DNA from: a bacterium
Lineage (GTDB): Bacteria; UBA8248
Reading direction: 5' to 3'
DNA length: 64,000 bases
Assembly (NCBI GenBank): GCA_965204535.1
Contig: OZ241996.1
Span: forward strand, 896,001-960,000
Numbering within the stretch: position 1 is the stretch's first letter; the number at the start of each line of letters is the position of its first letter. The translations under genes and the position numbers were made by a program. Of this stretch, positions 37,511-47,379 are shown in pieces. The notes beneath the pieces are model-generated. The model made no database searches. It had not been told where the DNA came from and worked only from the letters and a program-made list of their open reading frames with translations.

Positions 37511-39463
37511 TCACACCGCTTCCCGGATGGCGTCCAGGTGCGCGGGGTTTTCGAGCGAGTTCAGGTCCATGTGGTCCACCTGTTCGCCGAGATACACTTT
37601 CTTGATGGCGCCCCGCACGATTTTGGCCGAGCGCGTCTTGGGCAGGGCCTTGACGAACCGGACCTCGTCGGGCCTCAGGCTCTTGCCGAGGTACTCCACC
37701 GCCTGGTCTTTCAACTCCTCGCGCAGGGCGTCGTTAAGCTCAAAGGAATCGTGCATGACGACGAAGCAGGTGAGGCCTTCTCCCTTCACCGGGTGGGGCG
37801 TCCCCACGACGGCGGCCTCGATGACGCCGGGATGCTTGATGAGTTCGGACTCGATTTCGTTCGGCCCCACGCGCTTGCCCGATACCTTGATGGTGTCGTC
37901 CGAGCGCCCGTAGAGATACCAGAGCCCCTGCTCGTCCACCTTGGCCCAGTCGCCGTGGTACCAGACACCCTCCCAGCGCGAGAAATAGGTCTCCAGGTAG
38001 CGGTCCGGCTCCTTCCAGAAGCCGTTGGTGAGCGAGGGGATGGGCTGTTTGAGCACGAGGTGGCCCACCTCGCCGCGGAGCGGCCTGGCGTCCTCGCCGA
38101 ACACGTCGGCGTCCGTGCCCATGGCGGGCGCGCCCAGCGTGCAGGGGGAGAGGTCCATGACGGGCAGGGGTTGCAAGAGACAGGCGCCGATCTCGGTGCC
38201 GCCCGATATGTTCATGATGGGGCACCTGCCGCCGCCCACCTTTTCGAAATACCACATGTAGGATTCCGGGTCCCAGGGTTCGCCCGTGGAGGCGAGCACG
38301 CGCAGGCAGGAGAGATCGTGTTTCTCCACCCACTCATCACCCGCGCTTATCAGCACGCGCACCGCCGTTGGCGAAAGCCCCAGGTGGGTGACCCCGTTCC
38401 GGGAGATGATCTGCCACAGCCTGTCGGGCGCCGGGTGGTTCGGCACGCTCTCATAGAGCTGGCAGGCGTGGCCGTTGAAGTGAGAGCCCACGAGTTCATA
38501 GGGCGCCATCACCCAGCCGAAATCCGTCACCCAGAAGACCGTATCGCCGTCGCGCATGTCGAGGCAGTACTTGAGTTCGCGCCCCGGCCCGCTCATCAGC
38601 CCCGCATGGGTGTAGACGGTGCCCTTGGGCTTTCCGGTCGTGCCCGAGGTGTACATGATCATCGAGACGGCGTCGGCGGGGAGCCGCTCCGTCTCGGCTT
38701 GCGAGGATTGTCCCGCAACGAAATCGTCCCAGGTGACGTCGCGCCCCGCCTTCATGGGGACCTCATCGCCCGAGCGCGTGAGGACGACCACCTTTTCCAC
38801 CTTCGTGCCGCGCTCTAAAGCCGCGTCCGCCGTGCCCTTGAGCGGCACCTTCTTGCCCCGGCGGACGGCGCCGTCCACCGTGAAGAGGATGCGCGCTTCC
38901 GCGTGTATCAACCGCTCGGCCAGACCCTCGGGGCCGAAGCCCGAGAAGACGGGGAGCACGGCCACCCCCGTCTTGAAACACGCGTACATGACGATGGCGG
39001 CTTCTGGCACCATGGGGAGGAACACGCCCGCCACGTCGCCCGGCTTGAGACCCATCTCGCGCATGGCGTTGGCCAAGCGCGAGACTTCCGCCGAGAGTTC
39101 GGCGTAGGTGAACGTCCGCACCTCGCCCCCGTCGCTCTCCCATACGAGGGCGGTCTGATCGCGGCGCCCGCCCTCTACGTGGCGGTCGATGCAGTTCAGG
39201 ACGAGGTTCGTCTCGCCTCCGATGAACCATTTCGCCCACGGGAAGCCGCCGCTCAGGTCGAGCAACTCGTCATAGGGCCTGTACCATTCAAGCCCCATGT
39301 CTTCGAGCACGACCTCCCAGAAGCGCCGGATGTCCTCGATGGACCACTTGAGGAACTCGCGGTAATCGGCGATGCCGAGCTTTTTCATCAGCTTGGCGAC
39401 GTGGCTGTTCGTGAGAAAATCCTCATCCGGCCGCCATATGATGTCAGAAGCGTTCACTTGCAT
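37511..39463 (-). CDS. Acetyl-CoA synthetase-like AMP-binding enzyme (paralogue 1)
   Basis: Same motifs as 34646-36592, colinear paralogue. Confidence 0.93.
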   Translation of the reverse strand: MQVNASDIIWRPDEDFLTNSHVAKLMKKLGIADYREFLKWSIEDIRRFWEVVLEDMGLEWYRPYDELLDLSGGFPWAKWFIGGETNLVLNCIDRHVEGGRRDQTALVWESDGGEVRTFTYAELSAEVSRLANAMREMGLKPGDVAGVFLPMVPEAAIVMYACFKTGVAVLPVFSGFGPEGLAERLIHAEARILFTVDGAVRRGKKVPLKGTADAALERGTKVEKVVVLTRSGDEVPMKAGRDVTWDDFVAGQSSQAETERLPADAVSMIMYTSGTTGKPKGTVYTHAGLMSGPGRELKYCLDMRDGDTVFWVTDFGWVMAPYELVGSHFNGHACQLYESVPNHPAPDRLWQIISRNGVTHLGLSPTAVRVLISAGDEWVEKHDLSCLRVLASTGEPWDPESYMWYFEKVGGGRCPIMNISGGTEIGACLLQPLPVMDLSPCTLGAPAMGTDADVFGEDARPLRGEVGHLVLKQPIPSLTNGFWKEPDRYLETYFSRWEGVWYHGDWAKVDEQGLWYLYGRSDDTIKVSGKRVGPNEIESELIKHPGVIEAAVVGTPHPVKGEGLTCFVVMHDSFELNDALREELKDQAVEYLGKSLRPDEVRFVKALPKTRSAKIVRGAIKKVYLGEQVDHMDLNSLENPAHLDAIREAV

Positions 39464-39473
39464 GTACCCTCCG

Positions 39474-40289
39474 CTATTTTCTCGCGTTATCGTTCGTCCA
39501 TATCTTCATGTCGCCGGAGACGTACTCATCCACGACGCCCCACTTGCCTGCTTCCACCTTGACGGGCGGGTCGTGAGCGCCGGCAGCCACTTCTTCCACG
39601 AACTGCGCCATGCGCCCGATAATGGAAATATCCTCGCACGGGTCGGTGTGGCCCGAGCAGACGAATCGGGCGTCGTTATCTTCCGCGATTCTCTGGAGTC
39701 TCCGCATGGAAGGCCCGTACTGGGACAGGACGGCCGTCGGCACCTGGATGAAGAGCGGCTGGCCGGGCTTCACCAGATCGCCCGAGATCAAGACGCGCTC
39801 TTTCTCGTCATAGAGCGAGATGCTGCACGGCGAGTGACCCGGCGTGTCGTAGACGTGGATTTTCCTGCCGCCGAGGTCTATCGTGTCGCCTTCCTGCACC
39901 GCCCACCCGAACTTTCCGGGCGGTATGGTGAAGGTCTCAGGCTCAAACCCCTCGGGAAAGGGTATTCCGTCCCAGGTCGCAACGAAATCACGGCAGCCCG
40001 CCGTGTAGTCGTTCGCCAGCTTGTCCTTGCCGCTGGGGTGAACGCCCACGGCGTCCCATTCGTGGATCGCGCCCACGTGGTCCCAGTGCGTGTGGGTCAG
40101 GACGTGTTCCACGGGCAGGTCGGTTATCGACTCACACAACCTGCGCACGCTGCCCACGCCGATTCCGCCGTCGAGCGAGAGGGCCTTCTCCTCGCCCACG
40201 AGGAGGAACATGTTCCACCGCCCGGCTTCCGATATCTGATAGGTGTCCGGCGCGAACTCGATGACCTCATACCACCTTTGCGTGTCCAT
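39474..40289 (-). CDS. Metallo-beta-lactamase-fold hydrolase (paralogue 2)
   Basis: 'THTHWDH', 'TPGHSPCS', 'SGD', 'SGH'. Start 'MDTQRWY' by analogy with the paralogue. Confidence 0.9.
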   Translation of the reverse strand: MDTQRWYEVIEFAPDTYQISEAGRWNMFLLVGEEKALSLDGGIGVGSVRRLCESITDLPVEHVLTHTHWDHVGAIHEWDAVGVHPSGKDKLANDYTAGCRDFVATWDGIPFPEGFEPETFTIPPGKFGWAVQEGDTIDLGGRKIHVYDTPGHSPCSISLYDEKERVLISGDLVKPGQPLFIQVPTAVLSQYGPSMRRLQRIAEDNDARFVCSGHTDPCEDISIIGRMAQFVEEVAAGAHDPPVKVEAGKWGVVDEYVSGDMKIWTNDNARK

Positions 40290-40306
40290 GGCGTCTTTTC
40301 CCGGAA

Positions 40307-41128
40307 TTACTTTCTCGCGTGATCCTGAATCCACACCTTGACGCGGGGGAACACGTACTCGTCCACTTCGCCCCACGCGCCGCCGTCCACCTTGGCGGGC
40401 GGGTCGTGCACGCCGGCCTCCAGTTCCTCCATGTTCTGCGCTATCTCGCCGATGATGGAGGGGTCCGGGTAGGGGTCGGTGTGGCCCGAGGTGATCCAGC
40501 GCACCTCGTTCTCCGCGGCGACTTTCTCGAGCTTGCGCAGCGAGGGCGCATATTCGGAGAGCACCGCCGTGGGCACCTGCAGGAAGAGGTATTCCTCGCA
40601 GCGGATCAGGTCGCCCGATACGAGAATCTTCTCGCGCTCGTCATAGAGCGAGATGCTGCAGGGCGAATGACCGGGTGTCTCGTAGACGTGGAACTTCCTG
40701 TTGCCCAGGTCGAAGGTGTCGCCCTCTTCGAGCGTCCAGCCGAACGTGGCGGGCTTGATGCCGTAGGCCTCCTCGTCGAACCAGTCGGGGAAGGTGTTCC
40801 CGTTGTTCTTCCACATGTTCACGAAGGCCTGCTCGAGTTTCGAGAAATCGTTGGCGAGCAAGTCCTTGCCGACGGGGTGCACGCCCACGCTGTCCCACTG
40901 CGAGGCCGCGCCCAGGTGGTCCCAGTGCGTGTGGGTGAGGACGAAGTCGATGGGCTTGTCCGTGATGCTCTCGTAGAGTTTCCGCAAATTCGCGACCCCG
41001 ATGCCGCCGTCGATGGCGACCGCCTTCTCGTCTCCTTCCAAGAGGAGCATGTTGAACCTGCCGCCCTCGGTGATTTGGTAGCTGCCCGGTGCGAAATTGT
41101 TGACGGAATACCAGTCCTGGGTTTCCAT
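40307..41128 (-). CDS. Metallo-beta-lactamase-fold hydrolase (paralogue 1)
   Basis: 'THTHWDH', 'TPGHSPCS', 'SGD', 'SGH'. Confidence 0.9.
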   Translation of the reverse strand: METQDWYSVNNFAPGSYQITEGGRFNMLLLEGDEKAVAIDGGIGVANLRKLYESITDKPIDFVLTHTHWDHLGAASQWDSVGVHPVGKDLLANDFSKLEQAFVNMWKNNGNTFPDWFDEEAYGIKPATFGWTLEEGDTFDLGNRKFHVYETPGHSPCSISLYDEREKILVSGDLIRCEEYLFLQVPTAVLSEYAPSLRKLEKVAAENEVRWITSGHTDPYPDPSIIGEIAQNMEELEAGVHDPPAKVDGGAWGEVDEYVFPRVKVWIQDHARK

Positions 41129-41298
41129 AGAAAAGCCTTTCTGCTTGAGGGATAAGAATTTATTCGCTTTCGGATACAGGACGTTCTCGCCCCTACCATT
41201 TGTACGAATCGATGGCCCTAATCTAGCCCCATTGCCCCGCGCGAATCAAGCGGGGGCGAGATTGGGCGAACCGCCCTCGCGCCCGCCGCCCGGCGGCT

Positions 41299-42210
41299 TC
41301 AGCCCTTGTAAACGGGCGCGGGCTGGCTGAAGAAGCGCTCGATGAGATGAAAGACGATGCCGTGGTTCTTCTCCTGCAGGCTCGCGTGGGCGATGCCCGG
41401 CATCATGACGAACTGCTTGTCGGGGTTCGGCAGCAGCCGGAAGAATTCCACCAGATCGTCGAGATGGGCGATGCCGTCGAACTCGCCGCGCGCTATCATC
41501 ACCGGCGCGGTGATTTTTTTGGGGTTCACGAGCGGCAGCCGCTCGCACATGTCGATGTAGGTGCCGTTCGGGATCGTGTCGTCGAGCGCGCAGATGGCTT
41601 TTGCGTATTCACGGATGACGTCGCGGTACGCCGTGCCGGGATGATCGCGCATGAAGATGCTCTCGATGAACCCGGCGTTCACGGGCCTTCTCGACGTGGA
41701 GGCCACGCCGCGGAATCGCTTGCGCCTCTCCGCGAGCGTCGGGCTTCCTTCGCCCGTCCAGACGAAGGCGTCGAGGATCAGCCGCTTCACGCGCCGGGGG
41801 TTTTTCTGCGCGAACAGGGCGGCGCGCAGGGCACCGGAGGAGATGCCGTAGAGGTGAAGCGCGTTCTTTCTGCTGACTCGCCGGATCACGTTCGCCGCCG
41901 CGAGAACGTCCCTGGCGCCGCGCTCGATGCCGCAGGAGACCCGCCTCGATTTGGTGGACCTCCCGTAACCCTCGCAGTCGACGCACCAGACGTCGTAGCC
42001 GCGCCCGGCGAGATGGTCCATCAGGGAGTATCCGGGCCGCGATTTCACCTGGAGGTCAAACGTGGGGGTGGAGGCCATGGACGAGCCGTGCACGAGGAGC
42101 ACCGCGCCTCGCGGTTTATCCGGCCCCTCTTTTCGCTTCCTCCACAGGAACAGGTCGGCGCCGTCGTGATGCGCATGGTGCTCCTCGCCCGTGATCTTTA
42201 TTTTCGGCAT
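41299..42210 (-). CDS. Alpha/beta hydrolase
   Basis: 'LVHGS', 'DCEGYGRS', nucleophile elbow 'GISSG', 'RGEFD', 'GIAHA'. Confidence 0.88.
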   Translation of the reverse strand: MPKIKITGEEHHAHHDGADLFLWRKRKEGPDKPRGAVLLVHGSSMASTPTFDLQVKSRPGYSLMDHLAGRGYDVWCVDCEGYGRSTKSRRVSCGIERGARDVLAAANVIRRVSRKNALHLYGISSGALRAALFAQKNPRRVKRLILDAFVWTGEGSPTLAERRKRFRGVASTSRRPVNAGFIESIFMRDHPGTAYRDVIREYAKAICALDDTIPNGTYIDMCERLPLVNPKKITAPVMIARGEFDGIAHLDDLVEFFRLLPNPDKQFVMMPGIAHASLQEKNHGIVFHLIERFFSQPAPVYKG

Positions 42211-42229
42211 GGGTATCCTTTCTGAATGT

Positions 42230-42820
42230 GAGTTATTGAAAAATCCCGTGCGGCGTGAGCTAAACCTCTCTCCCTCCTCAGAATCACCCCCCCCTACCCC
42301 CCCTTGTCAGGGGGGCAAGAAAAAACAAAAGCCCTCCTGACAAGGGGGGGTAGGGGGGGGTGCCTTTATCCCCTGACAAGGCGACCGGGGGTTGCTCCCA
42401 AGGAGTTTTCCCGTCCATGGGCCTTTTTCAACAATCCCTTTGCGGGTCGGGCATCCTCCACCGGGGAGAACTCCAAATCACTCCCCCCTTGGGGCTTGTT
42501 GAAAACTCTTCATCGGGCGGATCTCTTGTGTGTAGGGGTCGCATACATGCGACCCGGCCTTTTTGCCTTCCAACGACGGGCCGCATGTATGCGGCCCTAC
42601 ACTCCTTTCGCCAAGGCGGAATCCCGTTGCTGTCATTCCGGCATTGCAGGACTTTTTTAACAGCCCCCCTCAAGGGGGGAGTGGATTTCCCCTACTCCTT
42701 GTTTGGCAAAACCCTTAAGTGGTCAAACCCGATGAAGAAAGAACCCGTAGGGACAGGTCGCGACCTGTCCCTACAAAACCTGCAACCCTCCTTCGTTGTA
42801 TTTTTCCAACAACCCCCTCA
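42230..42820. repeat. Mixed repeat cluster 4: two TIR-bounded MITE units plus a REP and a solo end
   Basis: Unit 42230-42438 (G/C-run cargo), unit 42491-42667 (GTAG-REP cargo, nested in an ACTCCCCC hairpin), perfect 28-bp palindrome 42747-42774, solo right end 42801-42816. Confidence 0.85.
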
Positions 42821-42917
42821 ACCTGAAAATCGTTTGTGCAAACGGCGCTTCCTGTGGGATTCTCGGTTCAGCGTAATATGACCGCGCGAATATGAACAAT
42901 CACGAAAGGAGTTTTTT

Positions 42918-43328
42918 GTGGAATACCGATACGACCACGTGCATTTTCTGACACACGACGTGCGCGCGCTGGCGGATTTCTTCGAGAACGTCTTCGAACT
43001 GGAAATGATCTCCTACGAGGAAAACTTCAAGAGCGCGCCCTACGCCATATTGAAACTGGGCGACGGGGACCTGCGCATCCGGGGATACCGCCCCGGCGAT
43101 AAGCCGGACGCCGTGGCGCCCATGCTGACGCACGGCCTTGACCATCTCGGCGTCGCTGTGGACGACGTGGAAGCGGCGGTCGCCCGCCTCGTGGAGCGCG
43201 GGGCGGAGGTCGACATGGCGCCCTTGCCTGCAGGCGTGGGCGGGCGGATGATCGCCTTCATCAAGGGCCCCGAGAACATCCGCATCGAGATATGCGAGCG
43301 GCCCCGTGTGTCCGGGGAGAGCGATTGA
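42918..43328 (+). CDS. VOC/glyoxalase family protein
   Basis: 'YDHVHF', 'GLDHLGVAVDDV', 'AFIKGPENIRIEI'. Confidence 0.88.
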   Translation: MEYRYDHVHFLTHDVRALADFFENVFELEMISYEENFKSAPYAILKLGDGDLRIRGYRPGDKPDAVAPMLTHGLDHLGVAVDDVEAAVARLVERGAEVDMAPLPAGVGGRMIAFIKGPENIRIEICERPRVSGESD

Positions 43329-43369
43329 CCAGCCGCCCGGTTTCACCGCAATCATCCGCCGGTGCGGGC

Positions 43370-44245
43370 ATGACGCTCGAACTGGTGCTGGGCTCGCTCC
43401 TCCTGACGACGGTGTGGGGCATGGCGCAGCCCGTCATCAAGGGCGCCTACGCGGGCCTGACGCCCTTCGGCCTCTTGTGGCTGCGGTGCGCCGCGGGGGT
43501 GCTGACCCTCACGCTCTACAGGCTCGTGATGCGCATCCCCGAGAGCGTGACCTACCACGACCCCTGGCGGGAGAAGGGCCACCGCATCCTGAACGCCTGC
43601 ATGCACAACGCCTACGTCTGGTTCCTCTACCAGGGGATGTTCGGAACCGCCGCCGCGCGCGCCTCGGTGCTGCTCTACACGCAGCCCGTCTGGGTGATGC
43701 TGCTGAGCGCCCTCTTTCTCACGGGCGAGCGCATCACGCTGGTGCGGGCGCTGGGCTTCGCGACGGCGATGGCGGGCACCGTCACTGTCTTCTCGCACAG
43801 CCTCGACGCGGGCGGCTCCATGCGGGCCGATTTCTACATCCTCATCGCCGCCGCCGGCTGGGCGACGCAGACGATCCACTACCGCCGGTATCTCGGCAAA
43901 TCCGACGTTACCTCGATCGCCAGATGGTCCATGCTCATCGGCGCGCCGACCTATTTCCTCCTCTCTTCCTCCCAGCCCGATTTCGGGATCACCCATATCG
44001 GCGGCCCGCAGATTTTCGCGGTCATCTACATGGGCGTGATAGCGAGCGCGCTGCTCCTGGCCTACTGGGGCCATCTGCTGCTCCGCTACTCGCCCGCCAA
44101 GATATCGGTGTTCTTCTTCATGACGCCCATCGTCGGCGTGGTGGGCAGCGCCCTATACCTCGGCGAGCAACTAGGCTGGCATCTGCTGGTCGGCGCCGCC
44201 CTTACGGCGACGGGCGTGTGGCTCGTGACGGGGGAGAGGAGATAA
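43370..44245 (+). CDS. DMT/EamA family transporter
   Basis: 10 TM segments, 'VWGMAQPVIK', 'LYTQPVWV..LS..FL.GER', 'LGEQL'. An alternative TTG start lies at 43325. Confidence 0.88.
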   Translation: MTLELVLGSLLLTTVWGMAQPVIKGAYAGLTPFGLLWLRCAAGVLTLTLYRLVMRIPESVTYHDPWREKGHRILNACMHNAYVWFLYQGMFGTAAARASVLLYTQPVWVMLLSALFLTGERITLVRALGFATAMAGTVTVFSHSLDAGGSMRADFYILIAAAGWATQTIHYRRYLGKSDVTSIARWSMLIGAPTYFLLSSSQPDFGITHIGGPQIFAVIYMGVIASALLLAYWGHLLLRYSPAKISVFFFMTPIVGVVGSALYLGEQLGWHLLVGAALTATGVWLVTGERR

Positions 44246-44249
44246 CGCT

Positions 44250-45395
44250 TCAAGAACGCGCGGGCACGCAGACCATTCCTTCCATGAGCCTTCGCGCCGT
44301 GCGGTAGACGATGACTTTCTCGGCGACGGGGCCACCGGGCGTCTCCGAGACCACGGCGTTAATCGTCTGCACGCCGGAGGGATGCCCCAGGCGAATGTCG
44401 CCCGCTGCGCCTCGGGCGGCCTCGTGCACGATGGTGCCTGGTATCCGCGCGGCGACGGCGAGGCACATCGCGCCCGTGAGGGCGAAGGCGCGGTGCGTCT
44501 TGCCCATGGAGATGATGCGGGCCGCGATGTCGCAATCCTCCGCCGAGATGATCTCGCCTTTCAAGTCGATGTATTCCAGCGGCGGGGCGACGATCACCAC
44601 CTTCGGCACCGCCTGGACGCTTTCGGAAGCCTCCCGCCTGTCACGCGCGAGCCCCATGCGCACCGCCGCTTCGGCGCGGATCTGCTCCAGATTCACCATC
44701 ACCTCGACGCGGCTGTCGATAAGGCCGGGGCCTTCTCCGCCTGATAGCCCTAAGTCTCCGGCGCGCACGAAGACCATCGGGTTGGTGGCGTCCACCATGC
44801 TCGCCTCGATGGCGCCGATTCCCTCGATCTCGAAGGTATCCACCGCATTCCCCGAGGGCAGGAGTTTCCCGGTAGCCGCGCCGCCCGGGTCCATGAATTC
44901 GAGCGTGATGCGCGCCCCCGCGCCCGAGACGCCGGGCAGTTCGTACGTGCCGCCAACGCCCGCGGCGCCTTCTTCCACCGGAAAGCGCGCGTGATAGGTC
45001 TTGCCCGTGTTCGTGTTGAATATGCGCACGGTGGCGGTTCCCTCATCCACCTCTACCAGGCCCTCATCCACGGCGAACGGCCCGACCGCGCTCGATATGT
45101 TCCCGCAGGTGCCGACGTAGTCCACGGTCTCATCCGTAACGCCCACCTGCGCGAAGGTGAAATCCACGTCCGCATCGGCGCGCGCGGAGGGCGCCACGAC
45201 CGCGATTTTGCTTAAACTGGATACCCCGCCTCCCAGGCCGTCGAGCTGGCGTCCGTTCGGGTCGGGACTGCCGAGGGCTTTCAGGAATATGGCGTCGCGC
45301 TCGAACTGGTCTTCGGGCAGGTCTTTCGCGTGGAAGACGATGGCGCGGCTCGTGCCCCCGCGCATGAAGACGGCCGGATATTTCCTTTGGCCCAT
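44250..45395 (-). CDS. prpF: PrpF family isomerase
   Basis: 'MRGGTSRA', 'GSPDPNGRQLDGLGGG.SSLSK', 'GTCGNIS', 'GHPSG', 'RTARRLMEG'. Confidence 0.93.
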   Translation of the reverse strand: MGQRKYPAVFMRGGTSRAIVFHAKDLPEDQFERDAIFLKALGSPDPNGRQLDGLGGGVSSLSKIAVVAPSARADADVDFTFAQVGVTDETVDYVGTCGNISSAVGPFAVDEGLVEVDEGTATVRIFNTNTGKTYHARFPVEEGAAGVGGTYELPGVSGAGARITLEFMDPGGAATGKLLPSGNAVDTFEIEGIGAIEASMVDATNPMVFVRAGDLGLSGGEGPGLIDSRVEVMVNLEQIRAEAAVRMGLARDRREASESVQAVPKVVIVAPPLEYIDLKGEIISAEDCDIAARIISMGKTHRAFALTGAMCLAVAARIPGTIVHEAARGAAGDIRLGHPSGVQTINAVVSETPGGPVAEKVIVYRTARRLMEGMVCVPARS

Positions 45396-45396
45396 A

Positions 45397-47379
45397 TCAA
45401 GCGCCGTCCCGCGCCGGGGCGGGGTCTGCGGAGCCTGCGCCGCCTCCCTCGATGCGCGCGAGAGCCAGCGCGCCGCCCGCGGCGAGCATCCGGCGCTCGC
45501 GCTCGGTGAGCGCGCACGTCGCGACGAAGGCGTGGCCCGTATCCGTGTTTTCGACTTTGAAATTGCCCGCGGCGATCGAATCCTGGATGTTGGAGATCGC
45601 CAGCTTCTGCCCGGCCTCTATCTCCTCGTAATCGTCCTCGTCAGCGAACGCGAGAGGCAGGATCCCCCAGTTGATGAGGTTCGCCCGGTGGATTCTCGCA
45701 AAGCTCTTGGCGATGACGGCGCGGACGCCGAGTATCATCGGGCAGATGGCCGCCTGCTCGCGGGCGGAACCCTGGCCGTATGTCTTCGCCCCGACGATGA
45801 CCCCGCCGCCCGCCTCTCGCGCGCGGGAGGCGAAGGTCTCATCCACGCGCCTGAAGGTGAAATCGGCGAGTGCGGGCATGTTCGTTCTGTAGGTGATGGC
45901 CTCGACCCCCGCCGGGCTGATGTGGTCGGTCGAGACGTTGTCGCCGAGCTTGATCAGTACCTCTCCCGTGTAGGCATCTCCTAAAGCCTCTCCCACGGGC
46001 ACGGGCTGAATGTTCGGCCCTCTGATGATCTCCACCGCCGCCGGGTCTTCCGCTGGCTCCACGATTCCCGTCTTATCACTCGCGAAGCGGTAGGGGAGCA
46101 GCACGTCGGGCGCCTTGCCCTCGTCCCTAGGGTCTCTTATCTCGCCGTGCAGTGCGGCCACGGCGGCGAGTTCGGGACTCGCGAGATAGACGGCGTCCTC
46201 GCTCAGCCCCGAGCGGCCCTTGAAGTTCCGGTTGAACGCGCGCAGGGAGTTCATGCCGGGCGCCGGGATGTGGGCGTAACCGGGGCAGGAGCCGCAGGTG
46301 GATTCCGAGACGCATACGCCCGCGGCCAGCAGGTCGGCCAGGTGGCCCTCTCTCGCGAGTTCCTCGAAGGCCTGCCTGCTGCCCGGAAAGACGATCGCGT
46401 CGACGCCGTCCGCCACCTTTCGGCCACGCAGCACCTGCGCGAAAGAGGCCACGTCCGTGAACGTGCCGTTCGTGCAGCTTCCGATGATGACCTGGTGGAC
46501 CGGCGTGCCGACGGTCTCCGATACGGGCACCACGTTCTCGGGGTTCGAGGGCAGGGCGACGAGCGGCTGTACGTCCCCGAGGTTCAGTTCGATTCTCTCG
46601 TCATACGTTGCGCCCGATTCCGCTTCCTGCGGCTTCCAGTCGGCCGCGCGGCCGATGCGCTCGTAGAACGTCCTGGTCTGCGCGTCGCTCGGGAAGATGC
46701 TGCCCGTAAGGCCGAGTTCCGTGCCCATGCTGGCGATAGTGAAGCGCTCCGGAACCGTGAGCGCCCGGACGCCGGGGCCCGTGTATTCGAAATACTTGCC
46801 GATTCCCCCGCGCGCGCCGAGGCGGCGCAGGAGTTCCAGGATCACGTCTTTCGCCGTCGCCCAGGGGCCGAGCTTTCCGGTGAGCCGCACCTCGACGATG
46901 GCCGGACGCGGGATGATGGTCGCGCCCGTCGCCATGGCGGTCGCCACGTCCATGCCGCCGGCGCCGATTGCCAGCATTCCCACCGCGCCGCCTTGGGGGG
47001 TGTGGGAGTCCGTGCCTAGGAGGCTCTCGCCCGGAACGGAGAATTCCTCGAGATGAACGTTGTGGCAGATGCCGTTTCCCGGTTTCGAGAAGTGGATGCC
47101 GTGCTTGCGGCAGAAGCCGAGCATGAAGCGGTGCGCGTCGGTGTGGAGGCTGTTGACCTGGATGGTCTGGTGGTCGCCGTACATGACCGCTGTTTTCTGC
47201 TTCACTTGGGCTAAGCCCATGGCCTCGAAATGGAGGAGGGCGGTGGGGCCGGATGCGTCCTGCAGCAGCACCTGGTCGATTCGTATCTCGACTTCCTCAC
47301 CCGGCGTTCTCGCAGCGCCCGAGACCAGATGCGCGTCGATGAGCTTTTGCGTGAGGCTGCGCGAGCCCGACTCAGCCAC
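45397..47379 (-). CDS. Aconitate hydratase family protein (short ~660-aa type)
   Basis: 'IDQVLLQD', 'GNGICH', 'GTDSHT', 'IGSCTN', 'CGSCPG', 'FNRNFKGRSG', 'STDHISP', 'YGQGSAREQA'. Confidence 0.92.
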   Translation of the reverse strand: MAESGSRSLTQKLIDAHLVSGAARTPGEEVEIRIDQVLLQDASGPTALLHFEAMGLAQVKQKTAVMYGDHQTIQVNSLHTDAHRFMLGFCRKHGIHFSKPGNGICHNVHLEEFSVPGESLLGTDSHTPQGGAVGMLAIGAGGMDVATAMATGATIIPRPAIVEVRLTGKLGPWATAKDVILELLRRLGARGGIGKYFEYTGPGVRALTVPERFTIASMGTELGLTGSIFPSDAQTRTFYERIGRAADWKPQEAESGATYDERIELNLGDVQPLVALPSNPENVVPVSETVGTPVHQVIIGSCTNGTFTDVASFAQVLRGRKVADGVDAIVFPGSRQAFEELAREGHLADLLAAGVCVSESTCGSCPGYAHIPAPGMNSLRAFNRNFKGRSGLSEDAVYLASPELAAVAALHGEIRDPRDEGKAPDVLLPYRFASDKTGIVEPAEDPAAVEIIRGPNIQPVPVGEALGDAYTGEVLIKLGDNVSTDHISPAGVEAITYRTNMPALADFTFRRVDETFASRAREAGGGVIVGAKTYGQGSAREQAAICPMILGVRAVIAKSFARIHRANLINWGILPLAFADEDDYEEIEAGQKLAISNIQDSIAAGNFKVENTDTGHAFVATCALTERERRMLAAGGALALARIEGGGAGSADPAPARDGA

